Assembly: GCA_963736115.1 (NCBI GenBank)
Contig: CAVTNR010000012.1
Coordinates: 288,001 to 352,000 of the forward strand
Source: an uncultured bacterium
GTDB lineage: Bacteria; Zhuqueibacterota; QNDG01; DTFT01
Direction of reading: 5' to 3'
DNA length: 64,000 bases
Part shown: one piece after another, positions 1 through 12,002 of the stretch
Layout: the number at the start of each line of letters is the position of its first letter
Numbering within the stretch: the first letter of the stretch is position 1
Made by a program: the position numbers and the translations under genes
The notes under the pieces: model-generated
What the model saw: only the letters and a program-made list of their open reading frames with translations
What the model was told of the DNA's origin: nothing
Databases searched by the model: none

Positions 1-1329
1 GCCCGAAAGCACCCGGATCGGTTTGAATACGTCGTCCCCGGTGAACTGGAATATGCCGAGCACGTTGCGCACGCGCTGGGGAACGGTGTCGGACGCGCAC
101 GCCATGGCCTCCTCGATCACCGTCTTCTCCATGTCCAGCGAGTCGACCTGGTGCTGGGAGTACATGCCGGTCACGACATTCGTTCCAAGCGCGGATTGTC
201 CCTTCTGCGGCTTCAGCTCGCCCCGGATCAGCCGGGTGAGCGTGGTCTTGCCCGCCCCGTTCTCGCCCACCACCGCGATCTTGTCCCCCCGGTAAATGGA
301 GAGGTTCACGGATTCGAGCACCCATTCCTCGCCATACTTGAAAGACAGGTCCCGCATGTGCAGGACATCCCGGTAACTCGGCTTTCCGGACCGGATCCGG
401 AAGGACCAGGACCGCCGCTCTTCCGGCAGTTCGATCCGCTCGATCTTCTCCAGCTGTTTAATGCGGCTCTGCACCTGGGCGGCCTTGGTGGCCTTGTACC
501 GGAAACGGTCGATGAAGACCTGCTGGCGCGCCAGCTCGTCCTGCTGTTCCTTCCAGCGCTTGCGCAGGAGCTCGGCCGCCTCGTCCCTGGCCTTCTCATA
601 GTCCCGGTAATTGCCCGTGTAATGCGTGAGCCGGCCCCGGTCGAGCTCGTGAATTTCGTCGGCCAGGCGGTCGATGAAGAAGCGGTCGTGCGACACGAGA
701 ACCACACTGCCGCGGAACGAACGGAGGTATTGCTCGAGCCATTCCAGGGAGGGCAGGTCCAGGTGGTTGGTGGGCTCGTCGAGGAGGAGAAGCTCCGGTT
801 CAGACAGGAGCAGGCCGGCCAGAACCGCGCGCATGCGCCATCCGCCGCTGAATTCAGGGAGCGGCCTTCCGAAATCGGACGGGGTGAATCCCAGGCCCGA
901 CAGGATCCCCTTGGCCCGGTGCTCGATGCCGTACCCGTCCAGCGCGGTGAAACGGTGCTCAAGGTGCCCCAGCCGGTTCAGGGCGGCGGGATCGTCGGAC
1001 ATTCCCTGTGACAATTCGTGGTGAAGAGTCCGGATCTCCGATTCGATGCGGCTGAGTTCCGTCTGGCTTTGCATCACGGTTTCGAGGAGCGAGCCGCCGC
1101 CGCAGGCCGTTTCCTCCTGGGGCAGGTACCCGACGGCCGTCCCCCTGGGCATGACAATGTCCCCGCGGTCCGGCTGGAGGTCCCCGTGAATGATGCGGAG
1201 CAGGGTCGTTTTTCCCGCGCCGTTCGGCCCGATCAGCGCCATGTGCCGGCCCGGGTGGATCATCCACTCGACCCCGTCGAGCAGACGGCGTTCAGCGATG
1301 GAATAGTGCAGGTCGCGGATCTGTATCAT
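1..1329 (-). CDS. ABC-F family ATPase (Uup/YheS-like), 3' end beyond window
   Basis: Manual translation from ATG at 1329: MIQIRDLHYS...GPNGAGKTTLL (Walker A). The frame stays in register to position 1 (LGIFQFTGDDVFKPIRVLSG, second ABC signature). Absent from the ORF track because it runs off the window. Confidence 0.92.
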   Translation of the reverse strand, partial: MIQIRDLHYSIAERRLLDGVEWMIHPGRHMALIGPNGAGKTTLLRIIHGDLQPDRGDIVMPRGTAVGYLPQEETACGGGSLLETVMQSQTELSRIESEIRTLHHELSQGMSDDPAALNRLGHLEHRFTALDGYGIEHRAKGILSGLGFTPSDFGRPLPEFSGGWRMRAVLAGLLLSEPELLLLDEPTNHLDLPSLEWLEQYLRSFRGSVVLVSHDRFFIDRLADEIHELDRGRLTHYTGNYRDYEKARDEAAELLRKRWKEQQDELARQQVFIDRFRYKATKAAQVQSRIKQLEKIERIELPEERRSWSFRIRSGKPSYRDVLHMRDLSFKYGEEWVLESVNLSIYRGDKIAVVGENGAGKTTLTRLIRGELKPQKGQSALGTNVVTGMYSQHQVDSLDMEKTVIEEAMACASDTVPQRVRNVLGIFQFTGDDVFKPIRVLSG

Positions 1330-1397
1330 GAAGGCCTTTCGGTCTCTTCCAAAGCCGCCTCCCCTTTCTCATGCCGATCGGGGCGGTCGTGCCTTCG

Positions 1398-1426
1398 AAT
1401 GTACGCAGGACGCCCTGGAATGTCAA
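1398..1426 (-). promoter_or_regulatory. sigma70-type promoter for ABC-F gene
   Basis: Minus strand TTGACA-N17-TACATT. Confidence 0.65.
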
Positions 1427-1433
1427 TAGAATC

Positions 1434-1472
1434 AAAAAAGAACCCCGAGGCTGAAAGCCCCGGGGTTCTTTT
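1434..1472 (-). terminator. intrinsic (bidirectional) terminator after groEL
   Basis: AAAAGAACCCCGAGGCT-GAA-AGCCCCGGGGTTCTTTT hairpin flanked by A/T tracts. Confidence 0.85.
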
Positions 1473-1492
1473 GATAGCATGAAACGCCTGAC

Positions 1493-3136
<1,644 letters not shown>

Positions 3137-3171
3137 TTAATTGGATGTAATGCCGGAAACAAGCCGGACGG

Positions 3172-3456
3172 TCAGACCACCGCCAGAATGTCGCTCTCCC
3201 GGATGATCAGGTATTCCTCGTTGTCGATCGTCACTTCAGTGCCGGAATACTTGCCGTACAGCACCGTGTCCTTGACCTTCACGGTCATGGGGACGAGCTT
3301 GCCGTCATCGGAAATACGGCCCGGGCCGGCGGCCATGACTTCGCCCTTCTGCGGCTTTTCCTTGGCTGTGTCCGGGATGATGATTCCGCCCTGGACCTTT
3401 TCATCGGGCTCTGCGGCTTTAATCACGACCCGATCGGCCAACGGTTTAATCTTCAT
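3172..3456 (-). CDS. groS: co-chaperonin GroES
   Basis: [29 protein letters not shown]; upstream of groL. Confidence 0.99.
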   Translation of the reverse strand: MKIKPLADRVVIKAAEPDEKVQGGIIIPDTAKEKPQKGEVMAAGPGRISDDGKLVPMTVKVKDTVLYGKYSGTEVTIDNEEYLIIRESDILAVV

Positions 3457-3503
3457 GGATTCCTCCTTGATGCTGGTGTGAGGGACCTATACATGTCCGC
3501 GGA

Positions 3504-3530
3504 CTGGCAAACCGAAACGCGGACTGCTAA
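3504..3530 (-). promoter_or_regulatory. degenerate CIRCE (HrcA operator)
   Basis: Minus strand TTAGCAGTC-N9-GTTTGCCAG versus consensus TTAGCACTC-N9-GAGTGCTAA, between promoter and groS. Confidence 0.6.
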
Positions 3531-3543
3531 CGAAAACCTGTAT

Positions 3544-3571
3544 AATATACTTATTTTTTTGGAAATGTCAA
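3544..3571 (-). promoter_or_regulatory. sigma70 promoter of groES-groEL
   Basis: TTGACA-N16-TATATT on minus strand. Confidence 0.7.
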
Positions 3572-3666
3572 GAGGAAAATATTTTATTGGTAATAATCAG
3601 GGGGGCTGATTGATATCTGCATTATTAACAGATACTTAACAAAAATAAAGCCGGTCGAACGAAAAT

Positions 3667-6600
3667 TTACCGGATCAATATCATTTTTCTGGTTTTATGA
3701 CTTCCTGCTGTCTCAAACCTGCAGAAATAGACTCCTGAAGGGTATTGTTCCGCATGCCAGACCACGGAATAACGTCCAGCCTGGTATTTCCCTTCAGCCA
3801 GCGACTCAAGTCCGCGGCCCGCGGCATCGACCACGGTGACCCGGATGAAGGACGCGGCCGGAAGCGTAAATCCGATCCGCGTCGAAGCATTGAACGGATT
3901 CGGGAAATTGCTCTCCAGGATGAAATCGACCGGCCCTGTCCCTGGCGATGACGCGACATCCGCGGTCCAGTCGTCCGTTCCGGGGGATCCCCCCGGGTAT
4001 TTCGAAACCGCCCAGTATTCGGGCTGTTCGGGATCACCGGACGCGGTCGGATCCGCGGGAACAAGAGAATGCCCTGTTCCGTCCGCTTCAACCGGCCATG
4101 GGCTCTTGTCATTGTACCGCACATCGATCACCGTGTCGCCCGAAGCGTCCACGAACGCAAGCCGCTCGCCCCCGTTGTCCAGCTGGCCCGTATACTCCCC
4201 GAACGGCCCGAATCCGTATCGACTCTGGAATGCGGCCGCGTTCGAAGCCAGCACCATGAACGCGCCGGGCGCCAGCACCGCGCCTGCGGGAAAAACGTAA
4301 TCCACGCCCCGAACCCAGGACGCGCCCGTCAGCGTGATCGGCGACGACCCCGTGTTCTTCAGTTCCAGAAACTCGAACTCCCGGTCGTCCAAATCCCCCT
4401 CTCCCAGCGCATGGTAGTGGATCTCCGTCAAAGCCAGGCCGGATATCCCCACCCCCGCGTTCACCGCGAGTTCGTGAAGGGCGCTCCACACCGTCCCGTC
4501 CAGCACCCGGCTCTTCAGAACGCAGTTCCCGGGGACCGTCACGGCCGCGTCGTCCCCGCCGTTCATGGCCGACGAATTTACGGCGCCGCCGATGAGCCGG
4601 GGATCGGATCCGTCCAGCGTGTAGTAGATGATTCCCTTTCCGCCCGCGTTCACGTTCAAAAGACGGATGGCGGAGCCGGCCGGCAGGTTCACGCCGTCAT
4701 CCGGAATGTCCGATCCCGAACTGCTGTACGCCGGCGGGTCAATGGCCGGGTACAGGTTGTCTTTTTTCAGTTGACCCAGCACAACGCCGGTCCGGTCGGA
4801 GAAAAAGGTGTTGAGAACCCAATCAACCGCGGGCTGCCAATCCTCATCCTTTGTCCTGGGCGGATGCACTTTGGCGTCGCCCCACCGCGCTGATTCCGCG
4901 ATGATAGCCGTTTCGATGGCCTCGGCCCGTGCCGCGAAACGGGCGCGGGACGCGTCGCGTGTCAGTGCGCCATGATTGAAGAAGTGACGGTAGGCCCGGT
5001 CCGCGAAGAGCAGGCGGTACTCGGCGTTCTCCGAGAGCCGCTGGTGCAGCCACTGGGGATTGAATGTATCCCGGCTGCCTCCCGGATACGGACCGGTGCG
5101 GTCGTATCCGTAATCGGAATGCTCGCTGTACCGCGGGTCCATCAGGGTGTGTTCGGCATCGTGACAATAGTAGGTGAAGCCCGTCCGGCCGATCCGGTTG
5201 TACACCGCGTAGAAGTTATTCGGACTTGAATTCCCGCCCCAGGCGGAAACGGGCGCGTCGAAGTTGCCTGTGTAGAAAATGACGAGCATGTAGTCGATGA
5301 GGTTGACCGGATCGACGAAAACCGGGTACGTCCAGTTGACGGATCCGTCCGCATTCCGGCCCAGCGCCTTGAAATAAAGGGAATTGGTCTTGAAGCCCGC
5401 CACGGTCAGCGACCAGAGCCGCTGAAAGGCATCGACCGTTCCATCCGTGGCCTCATAGGCCAGTCCGTACTGGCGGGCGACCTTGATTACATCGTAATCG
5501 TCCCTGTCCCCGCCGAAATAGGATTCCGCGAAAGAGGCTTCGGAACGCTCCTGCGTCTCATACAGGCCCCAGTACATGCCGTTGAGAAAGAGGTGGTAGG
5601 GCCGGGTGCGCGTGTACGGCTGTCCCATGTCGCGCTGGCAGTCGCGCGAAAACACATCGCGGATGAATGTGCAGATGTGGCCGCTGAAATTTTTCATACT
5701 CCAGGAATAGTTCTGCGAAGTACGCAGGTCAACGCCGTCGAAGGAAGACACGCCCTCGTCCTGGAACAGGGGATAGTCCAGCTTGCCCTTCCCGTATTCA
5801 TCCCGGAAGAAGAAGCGGAAAGCCAGTTTCAACTGCTGGTCCGTGCCCGAGGCCTGGCGGCTCCACCCGCCGCGGATGCGGAGGCCGCCGTTGATCTGGA
5901 ATCCTTCCTCCATCCCCCGGGGGTCATAAAGCTCGATCGACGCGGCCCTTTCCCATTCGATGCCGTGTTCGGCCGGATTGACGTAAATGCCCGAGTCCGG
6001 ATTGAACAGGCTGCCCGGGTCCGCGGCGACACAGAGCACGGGAATCGAGCGGAGCGCGTCGTCGATCAGGTCCCTGTACCGGCTGTCATTCACCACGTCC
6101 GGATCCATGTTATAATCGAATTGCCGGCCGTTCACCGGATAGAAAGGCCAGTCGCCTCGCGGGTCGGCCTGGGTCCGGACCCGCTCCGGGAAGATGTAGG
6201 TCTGGCCGCCTGTCTGCGTGACCTGCGTTCCATTCACGGACGCGAGCGCCCGGACCACGACCGCGGGCGTGAGGCCCCGTCCGTCCGTTGAAGCCGGGTC
6301 GACACGGATGACCGCGGGTGATTCCGTTTCACGTGCATTGAGACTGGTCCGCGGATCGGAGCCGTCCAGGGTGTACCGGATGATCGCATTCGCAGAGTCG
6401 CTCCACACCGTCAAATCGAAGGCGGATGCGTAAAAACCGTGCGGGACGGAAAAGGAGGGACTGCCGGGCAGGGAATCCAGGGGCGGAGGAGGAGGGCCCG
6501 CCGGAACGAACGCGAAGTAATTGATATTGTAGCTCGGCGCCAGGGCCGTGAAACGCATGACCGCGGTCCCGGCCGCGAGTTCTACGTCCGGGACGTCGAC

Positions 6601-7020
6601 CCATGCGTACACCTGCCAGTTGCCCGTGACCGGAACGGTCACGGACGAACGGACCGTTTGATTGTTGACGGTGATGCGGAAACGGCCCTCGCCGTCCTGG
6701 GCTGCCGCCCGGAACCGGATCGTGTAGTGGCCCGCGGCCTTGACGTCGATCGTGTACTCCACGTATTCGCCGGTCTGCACATACCCGATGTTGTAACCGC
6801 CCTCTCCGCAGTCTTCGACGTCCACGCCCTCGCCGGTTCGGTACCGGCCCCCCTGGTTCGCCGCGTCCGCATCGTGATAGGCCGTGCCTTCGCCGCCCGT
6901 ATCAAAGTCCTCCGCCTGCACGGTGCCGGGCACGGGCCAAGCCGTCCCACCATAGGGCGCCTGCTGGGCGGAGGCCGTGACAAAGGCCGTGAAAAAGACT
7001 GCAATGAGAAGTGGCTTCAC
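3667..7020 (-). CDS. secreted multidomain protein: CBM6 + chitobiase/Fn3-like + CotH kinase-like + lamin-tail domain + T9SS-like C-terminal domain
   Basis: Signal peptide; VQAEDFDTGGEG (CBM6), YTLDGSDP, LRIRGGWS...LNGMYWGLY...ER (CotH), LTEIHYH...EFLELKN (LTD), NFPNPFN...SGVYFCR (CTD). Confidence 0.85.
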   Translation of the reverse strand: MKPLLIAVFFTAFVTASAQQAPYGGTAWPVPGTVQAEDFDTGGEGTAYHDADAANQGGRYRTGEGVDVEDCGEGGYNIGYVQTGEYVEYTIDVKAAGHYTIRFRAAAQDGEGRFRITVNNQTVRSSVTVPVTGNWQVYAWVDVPDVELAAGTAVMRFTALAPSYNINYFAFVPAGPPPPPLDSLPGSPSFSVPHGFYASAFDLTVWSDSANAIIRYTLDGSDPRTSLNARETESPAVIRVDPASTDGRGLTPAVVVRALASVNGTQVTQTGGQTYIFPERVRTQADPRGDWPFYPVNGRQFDYNMDPDVVNDSRYRDLIDDALRSIPVLCVAADPGSLFNPDSGIYVNPAEHGIEWERAASIELYDPRGMEEGFQINGGLRIRGGWSRQASGTDQQLKLAFRFFFRDEYGKGKLDYPLFQDEGVSSFDGVDLRTSQNYSWSMKNFSGHICTFIRDVFSRDCQRDMGQPYTRTRPYHLFLNGMYWGLYETQERSEASFAESYFGGDRDDYDVIKVARQYGLAYEATDGTVDAFQRLWSLTVAGFKTNSLYFKALGRNADGSVNWTYPVFVDPVNLIDYMLVIFYTGNFDAPVSAWGGNSSPNNFYAVYNRIGRTGFTYYCHDAEHTLMDPRYSEHSDYGYDRTGPYPGGSRDTFNPQWLHQRLSENAEYRLLFADRAYRHFFNHGALTRDASRARFAARAEAIETAIIAESARWGDAKVHPPRTKDEDWQPAVDWVLNTFFSDRTGVVLGQLKKDNLYPAIDPPAYSSSGSDIPDDGVNLPAGSAIRLLNVNAGGKGIIYYTLDGSDPRLIGGAVNSSAMNGGDDAAVTVPGNCVLKSRVLDGTVWSALHELAVNAGVGISGLALTEIHYHALGEGDLDDREFEFLELKNTGSSPITLTGASWVRGVDYVFPAGAVLAPGAFMVLASNAAAFQSRYGFGPFGEYTGQLDNGGERLAFVDASGDTVIDVRYNDKSPWPVEADGTGHSLVPADPTASGDPEQPEYWAVSKYPGGSPGTDDWTADVASSPGTGPVDFILESNFPNPFNASTRIGFTLPAASFIRVTVVDAAGRGLESLAEGKYQAGRYSVVWHAEQYPSGVYFCRFETAGSHKTRKMILIR
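4081..4743. repeat. ~660 bp near-identical direct repeat, copy 1 (copy 2 at 7536-8198)
   Basis: Direct comparison: identical except four small clusters of substitutions; offset 3455 bp. Confidence 0.9.
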
Positions 7021-7121
7021 GAAAATTCCTTTCCGGATGACCCTGCCCTAAAACCGTTTCCGCGGTCAACGGCTGAGCATTTCAGGCAACCGCCTGGACC
7101 TGGAGGAAACGGCCATGCCGG

Positions 7122-10100
7122 TTATTTGACCAGCAGCATTCTCCGCGCCTGCACTTCGTCCCCGAATTCCAGCACACACAGGTAAACACCCGCTGAAAGT
7201 CCGGATGCATCCCAGCGCACACTGTGCGGCCCGGCCGCGTAATGCCCAGCCGCGAGCACGGCCGCATGCCGGCCCAGCACGTCCGTCACCCGCATCCGCA
7301 CGAATCCCGCTTTCGGAAGCGTGAACCGGATCAAGGTGCCGGGGTTGAAGGGGTTGGGAAAATTCTGGCTCAGCGAGAAGGTTCCGGGAACCGCCGGATT
7401 GCTTCCATCAATCCCCGAGGCCGAATCATCCGCGCCAGGCGAACCGTGAACCCGGGCGGAGGCGATCCAGTATTCCGGCAGGGACGGATCGCCCGCGGCG
7501 GACAGGCTTCCGGGAACCAGGGACTGGCCCGTGCTGTCCGCTTCAACCGGCCATGGGCTCTTGTCATTGTACCGCACATCGATCACCGTGTCGCCCGAAG
7601 CGTCCACGAACGCAAGCCGCTCGCCCCCGTTGTCCAGCTGGCCCGTATACTCCCCGAACGGCCCGAATCCGTATCGACTCTGGAATGCGGCCGCGTTCGA
7701 AGCCAGCACCATGAACGCGCCGGGCGCCAACACCGCGCCTGCGGGAAAAACGTAATCCACGCCCCGAACCCAGGACGCGCCCGTCAGCGTGATCGGCGAC
7801 GACCCCGTGTTCTTCAGTTCCAGAAACTCGAACTCCCGGTCGTCCAGTTCCCCCTGCCCCAGCGGATGGTAGTGGATCTCCGTCAAAGCCAGGCCGGATA
7901 TCCCCACCCCCGCGTTCACCGCGAGTTCGTGAAGGGCGCTCCACACCGTCCCGTCCAGCACCCGGCTCTTCAGAACGCAGTTCCCGGGGACCGTCACGGC
8001 CGCGTCGTCCCCGCCGTTCATGGCCGACGAATTCACAACGCCGCCGATGAGCCGGGGATCGGATCCGTCCAGCGTGTAGTAGATGATTCCCTTTCCGCCC
8101 GCGTTCACGTTCAAAAGACGGATGGCGGAGCCGGCCGGCAGGTTCACGCCGTCGTCCAGTATGTCCGATCCCGAACTGCTGTACGCCGGCGGGTCAATAT
8201 CCGGGTACAAACCGTCGTCCATGAGCTGGCCGATCACAATGTCGCTCCGGCCGGGAAAGAACTCGTCCAGCACCCAGTTCACGGCCGGGAGCCAGTCGTC
8301 ATCGCGCGTGCGCACGCCCCACCACATCTTGGCATCGCCCCAGCGAGCCGATTCCCCGATGACGGCCTGGTCGATTTCAGCGGCACGCGCCGCCAGCCGC
8401 TCCCGGCACTTTTCCGCGGTGAGCGCGCCGTGGTTGAAGAAGTGCCGGTAGACCCGGTCCGCGAACTGCAGGCGGTACTCGGCATTCTCCGACAGCCGCT
8501 GGTGCAGCCACTGCGGGTTGAATTTGTTCATCTGTTCCCCGGCCGGATACGGCCCGGTGCGGTCATACCCGTAGTCGCTGTTCTCGCTGTAGCGCGGGTC
8601 CATGATCGAATGCTCCGCGTCGTGCGCGAAAAACCGGAATCCGGACCGTCCGATCCGGCTGTAGATGCCGTAAAAATTATTGGGACTCATGTTGCTGTGG
8701 AAAGCGGTCACAGGCGCGTCAAAATTGCCGGTGTAGTAAATGACGAGCAGGTAATCGGCGAGATTGACCGGATCCACATAAACCGGATAGGACCAATTCT
8801 CGGAGCCGTCCGGGTTTTTCCCCTGCACACGAAAATAGGCCGCATTCGCCCCGAATCCATCGACCGCCCTGGTCCAGAGATCGTTGTACGCGCCGAGACT
8901 GCCGTCCGTGGCCTCGATGTCATACTGAAACTGATCGATGGCCACCTTCACCACGTCATAATCATCCTTGCCCCCGCCGAAATAGGACTCGGCGTACGAC
9001 GCCTCGGGCCTTTCCTGGGTCTGATACAGGCCCCAGTACATGCCGTTGAGGACCAGGTGATAAGCCCGGCTCCGCGTGTACGCCTGCCCCATGTCCCTCT
9101 GCGTGTCCCGCGAGAACACATCGCGGATGAAAATGCAGGCGGTTGAGTTCTGGTAGCTCCAGGAATAGTTCTGCGCGCATCGCAGATCCACTCCGTCGAA
9201 CGAGGACACGCCTTCGTTCTGGAAGAGCGGATAGTCCAGCTTGCCTTTCCCGTATTCCTTTTTAAAGAACAAGCGGAACGCGTGCTTGAACTGGCCGCCG
9301 TATCCGGTGGGGACGCGGCTGTAGCCGCCGCGGAGCCGGAGCCCCGCGTTGAGCTGAAAACCCTCCTCCAACCCACTGGGATCGAAGAGCTCGAGCGAGA
9401 CCGGCCTTTCCCATTCTTCGCCCCGGCCCATGGGGTTGACGTAGATTCCCCTTTCAGCACCGAAGAGGTTGTCCAGTTCAGTGTTGATGCACACGGTCGG
9501 AATGGACTTGAGCGCCGGGATGAGCTTGTCGCGGTACCGGCTGTCGTTCAACACGTCCGGGTCCATGTCGTAATCGAGTATTTTGTCATTGACCTGGTCC
9601 GTCGGCCAGTCCCCCCCGGATGCGTCTGCGTCTTGACCGCGTTTTCAAAAACATAGGTCTGACAGCCCGTCCTTGTGAGCGGCCTTCCATCCACAGCCGC
9701 GTAGGCCCGCACAACAACCGCGGGCGTAAGGGCCCTGCCGTCCGTGGAAGCCGGATCGATGCGGATGACCGCCGGAGACGCCTTCTGCCGGACCGTGGCG
9801 CTGAACCGCGGATCCGAGCCGTCCAAAGTGTACCGGATGACGGCTCCGGTTGAATCGCTGGACACGGTCAGATCGAACGGGGATGTGACAAAGCCGTGCG
9901 CAACGGAATAGAACGGGGAACCCGGAAGGGACTCGTCCTCGATTTCAAGGGACACAGTGTCGGATACGGCTGTGTCGCCGGAGTTGTCCGTCGCGACCGC
10001 GATGAAGGCGACTTGCACGGGCTGGAACGGGGTCCAGACCCACTCCCAGGGCGCGGACGCGTCCGCGCCGAGCGAAACGCCGTTCCCGAACAGTTCGACC

Positions 10101-10750
10101 CGCGTCACGCTCCCATCCTGATCCGAAGCTTCGGCGCGCAGCGCGATCGGCGTGCCCACCGTGAACGCATCCCCGTCATGCGGCCACACGATGGACACCT
10201 GGGGCGGCACGGAGACGCTCTCCTTGACGAACTGGAAATAATTGACGTTGAAATTGGGAGCCGTAATTTCGACCCGCATGACCTGCGGACCGGCATTCAG
10301 GGACACACCCGGTATGTCCACCCAGGTCCAGGTCTGCCAGCCGCCGGTCGACGGCGCTGTCCGAATCCCGCTGACGTCCAGGCCCCCGATCCGGATGCGG
10401 AATCCGCCTGGATCGCCCTGGGCGGCCGTGCGCACCCGTATCGTGTAGGTTCCCGCCATGGCTGCGGAAAGCGTGTATTCCATCCACTCGTCGACCTGCA
10501 TGTAGCCGACATTGAATCCGCCCTCTTCGCAGGCCTCGATGTCCACGCCCTCTCCCGGCCTGTACTGGCCGCCCTGATTGGCTTCTTCTATGTCGTGATA
10601 GGCGACGCCCTCTCCGCCCGAATCATAATCCTCGGCCTGAATGATGCCCGGCACAGGCCGGGCCGTTCCGCCGTAGGGCGCCTGCTGGGCGAACAGAACA
10701 CCCGCCCACAGAAAACATACGAAAAGGATGCGCGGGAAAGCATTTTTCAT
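7122..10750 (-). CDS. paralogous secreted CBM6 + Ig + CotH kinase-like + LTD + T9SS-like CTD protein (one frameshift at ~9612)
   Basis: ORFs 9548-10750 and 7122-9566 join at a G7 run (THPGG|DWPTDQVN matches paralog DPRGDWPFYPVN); probable sequencing error. Confidence 0.82.
7536..8198. repeat. ~660 bp near-identical direct repeat, copy 2
   Basis: Matches 4081-4743. Confidence 0.9.
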
Positions 10751-10854
10751 GACGGAATCATCCTCTGAGCTTTAAATGGACATGAGATGAAAAGGCGGGA
10801 CGGTCCTTCGGGCGGGAATGCGGACGAGGTCGGCATTCTCACGGAGTGGAAGGG

Positions 10855-12002
10855 TCACTTGCGCGGCGGCACGCCCCATAGGAGTTTCCTGCGAAGCAGG
10901 TCGAAAAAATCGTGGTCCTCGAACGTGAGCCAGTGCACGGGTTCCGGAGCGCGCCGGATCACGACGACCGTGTCGTTCGGCACGTCCATGTGGATCTGCC
11001 CGTCGATGGACAGCTTCGCCGTGTTCCCTGCGGATTCCACGGACAGACGCACGGTCGACGCCCCGTCGAGCACGGTCGGCCGCGCGGACAGGGAGTGCGG
11101 GCAGATGGGAGACAGGAGGATGGATTCCAGGGTCGGCACGACAATGGGACCGGATGCGGAAAGGGAATAGGCCGTTGATCCCGTGGGCGTGGCCGCGATG
11201 AGCCCGTCCGACCGGAAGGTGTGGAAGGGCCTGCCGTCGACCTCAACCTTGATGCGGATGATACGGGGGCTTCCCCGCGGTCGATGACCACGTCGTTCAG
11301 GGCGCGGAAGACACGCCGCGTTCCGTCCGGCCCGGTACTGGTCTCGGCTCTCTCCTCCGCTTGAACCGCGGTCCGCTGCGCGGATGAAAAAGACACTTTC
11401 GCCGGGACCTCGGCTTGCGCCTCGGTTTCGGCCCCGGATTTCGTCGTGCCTTGGATCCCCGTCCGCTGCGCGGATGAAAAAGACACGTACGCGGGGGTTT
11501 CGGCCCCGGCTGAAGCCGGGAGTTGCACATTACCAAAAGCCCCGGGTTTCATTACACCTTGGACCCCCGCGTACGCGGGGGTTTCGGCCCCGGCTGAAGC
11601 CGGGGCCTCAACTTCCAGAGCCATGCGCTTTTCGATACGGTACTTCCCGGACAGGACCGCTTCCATCCTCGGCAGGAGTTCCTCGGCCGGCACTTCGGCG
11701 AGAAAACCCAGGCTTCCGAGGTTCACGCCGAACAGGGGCTTTTCCGCCCGGCCGATCAGCCGCGCGGCATTGAGCATGGTGCCGTCCCCGCCCATGGCCA
11801 CTACCAGATCGCAGGCTTCTCCGAAGGACGCCTCAGGAACGGCAAACGCGTTCGACGCGTCCGGCCGAAGCAGGCGGACCTGCTCTTCGGTGAAAGCCGC
11901 CCGGATGCCGCGGCCGTCGAGCCAGGGCAGAAAGGGATTCAGTATTTCGGCCAGCCGCGCCTTGCGCGGATTGACGAATATCCCGACCGTCTTCAGAATC
12001 AC
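10855..12002 (-). CDS. nadK: NAD kinase with ~95 aa in-frame repeat insertion (1-nt homopolymer frameshift at ~11274)
   Basis: GGDGT, GVNLGSLGFL, ALNDVV, DGLIAATPTGSTAYSLSASGP after frame correction, SPICPHSL; GTG start overlaps dxs stop. Confidence 0.92.
11361..11605. repeat. cluster of REP-like palindromic repeats inside nadK, including two identical 24-nt units (11372-11395, 11462-11485)
   Basis: CGTACGCGGGGGTTTCGGCCCCGGCTGAAGCCGGG twice; TCCGCTGCGCGGATGAAAAAGACA twice. Confidence 0.9.

Noticed and set aside
4081-8198. Repeat pair as DGR template/variable regions
   Set aside because: Differences include G/C changes and are not adenine-specific; both copies are coding; no reverse transcriptase in the window
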